Assembly (NCBI GenBank): GCA_043228905.1
Contig: JBHGNT010000001.1
Coordinates: 32,550,001 to 32,614,000, forward strand
DNA: 64,000 bases
Reading direction: 5' to 3'
Source: Azolla caroliniana
Taxonomy: Eukaryota > Plantae > Polypodiophyta
A program made the position numbers and the translations under genes. The notes beneath the pieces are model-generated. The model searched no databases. It was not told the DNA's origin and saw only the letters and a program-made list of their open reading frames with translations. Shown here piece by piece: positions 62,379 to 64,000 of the stretch; within the stretch, counting starts at the first letter, position 1, and each line of letters begins with the position of its first letter.

Positions 62379-62548
62379 GGAGTATCGCAACAATGAGTGC
62401 CTGTTTTTCTAAGTTGTTAGCAAGCAAGTAATAAATTTGTCTTAGCACCAACAAAACATACACGGAGTATCGCAACAATGAGTGCTTGCTTTTCTAAGTT
62501 GTTAGCAAGCAAGTAATAAATTTGTCGTAGCACCAACAAAACATACAC
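62379..62548 (+). repeat. Tandem duplication, 85-bp unit x2
   Basis: GGAGTATCGCAACAATGAGTGC..AAGTTGTTAGCAAGCAAGTAATAAATTTGTC..GCACCAACAAAACATACAC starts at 62379 and 62464. Confidence 0.92.
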
Positions 62549-62622
62549 AGAAGTTTCTAATTAAGATAAATAATGAATCTTCTATAGCCTCAAGGTGGAA
62601 TTTCATACTCTAATAGTAAGAA

Positions 62623-62932
62623 GGGAAAAGTACCAGAATACCCCTGGACGTTTGTCTATTTACCAGAATGCCCCTGGAAGTTCCAAATTTACCAAACTAC
62701 CCCTATGTCCAAAAAATTACACTTTAAGTAATTATACACTCAAATATTTGGTAAATAGGGTTAGTTTGGGTCCATTTCTTCCATCTTTGGTAAATAGGTC
62801 TTGTAGATTTGAGTGTATAATTACTTTATAAAGTGTAATTGTTTGGACATAAGGGTAGTTTGGTAAATTTGGAACTACCAGGGGCATTCTGGTAAATAGA
62901 CAAACTTCCAAGGGTATCCTGGTACTTTTCCC
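62623..62932. mobile_element. Mutator-superfamily MITE (fold-back, ~120-bp TIRs, 9-bp TSD)
   Basis: Starts GGGAAAAGTACCAG and ends CTGGTACTTTTCCC. The arms are complementary for about 120 bp, and the TSD TAGTAAGAA lies at 62614-62622 and 62933-62941. Confidence 0.95.
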
Positions 62933-63063
62933 TAGTAAGAATAAGTGTTCAGTAGGATCAAAACCACGAGCAAAAGGAAAGCGCAGAGAAGCCTTGAGAG
63001 GAAAGGAAAGGGCATAATTCGTGCGCTTAAACTTTTTTTATTTACCATGTGAGAGTCTATAGG

Positions 63064-63106
<43 letters not shown>

Positions 63107-63261
63107 GACTAACATAATTGAGCATAATGTTTCCAGCAAAGAACTTTCCGACTAAACTTTTGTTTTAAACATTACGATTCGAAAAGTTTCAGAACCTTTC
63201 TCACTCGTACATTCAAGGTTTCTGTCTAACCTACATCTGACCATCACCACCAACATTACCA

Positions 63262-63309
<48 letters not shown>

Positions 63310-63580
63310 TGAATCAATGAGAGACAATTGTCGGAGAGGTGAAGCAGTTGATTCAGAATGAGAAAATTTGATGAACCGTGATTTGCATCGGGGGGTTGAT
63401 GAGCCGGGTTATATATTGTATCGCTCTATCGTATCAACTTAAACAAACACTTCCTTAGTTACTTAGGAGGGTGTGGTTTGTGTGTTGTGTTTTAATGTGT
63501 AGTGACTTGACTCACTAGTATGTATAAATGAGGAGGGACAGTTCTATAATTTCACAGACCTTTTGAATTGAAGATGAAAC

Positions 63581-63632
<52 letters not shown>

Positions 63633-64000
63633 ACAGAGAGGTCTACAGAGACAAGATATGGACTCCATTTTTTGGTTCTCGAAGGAAATGTTCCCCTTTT
63701 TGTGTGTGGATAACTGACATACCTGTCGTCGCCTTCTTCTGTTATTCTTTTCATTCTCTCTCTTTTTCCCCACAACAAAAATGAATTACACAAGGAATTA
63801 GCTTTAAAAAAAAACCCCAAAACCCCATTTTTATGTGTTCATTTATATATATATATATTTATTTTTTTATTTATTTATTTTTTCTCTAAAAGCAAAGACG
63901 AAGATGAAGCAGCAACAGAAAGAAATTGTTTTAATGGGTCTCTCTTTTACCAGATTTTTGTTTAGTTGATCGATCAGTCTCTCTTCATTCATCATATGGT

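Noticed and set aside
63000-64000. Gene 5' end at the window edge (donor-like CAG|GTATGT at ~63722 minus, microsatellite-rich UTR-like DNA)
   Set aside because: No coding exon can be linked within the window, so there is not enough evidence to call a feature.

Overview
AT-rich, gene-dense, intron-containing land-plant nuclear DNA. A flagellar inner-arm dynein subunit gene (CASC1/DNAI7) together with fern-style PLS-class PPR sequences points to a seed-free plant with motile sperm, most likely a fern (inference). I read seven intact protein genes by hand, with splice phases checked: a non-specific lipid transfer protein, tRNA-splicing endonuclease SEN2, a MAN1/Src1-type inner nuclear membrane protein, CASC1/DNAI7, a penta-EF-hand CML48/49/50-like protein, an intronless PLS-PPR, and an SPRISFS/ADELF-motif (MAKR-like) protein. 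Mobile DNA includes the 3' end of a Ty3/gypsy chromovirus, a non-autonomous hAT element (8-bp TSD), Mutator-type MITEs, three decayed L1 LINEs and tRNA-derived SINE-like pieces. Three observations stand out. (1) Two TSD-flanked, poly(A)-tailed retroposons carry PPR coding sequence joined to LINE-like 3' tails, and shorter copies of one tail occur elsewhere, suggesting LINE-mobilised 'PPR retroposons'. (2) A box C/D snoRNA with an 18S rRNA guide lies in the inferred 5'-UTR intron of SEN2, possibly as part of a cluster. (3) MAN1 has a probable non-canonical GA-AG intron.
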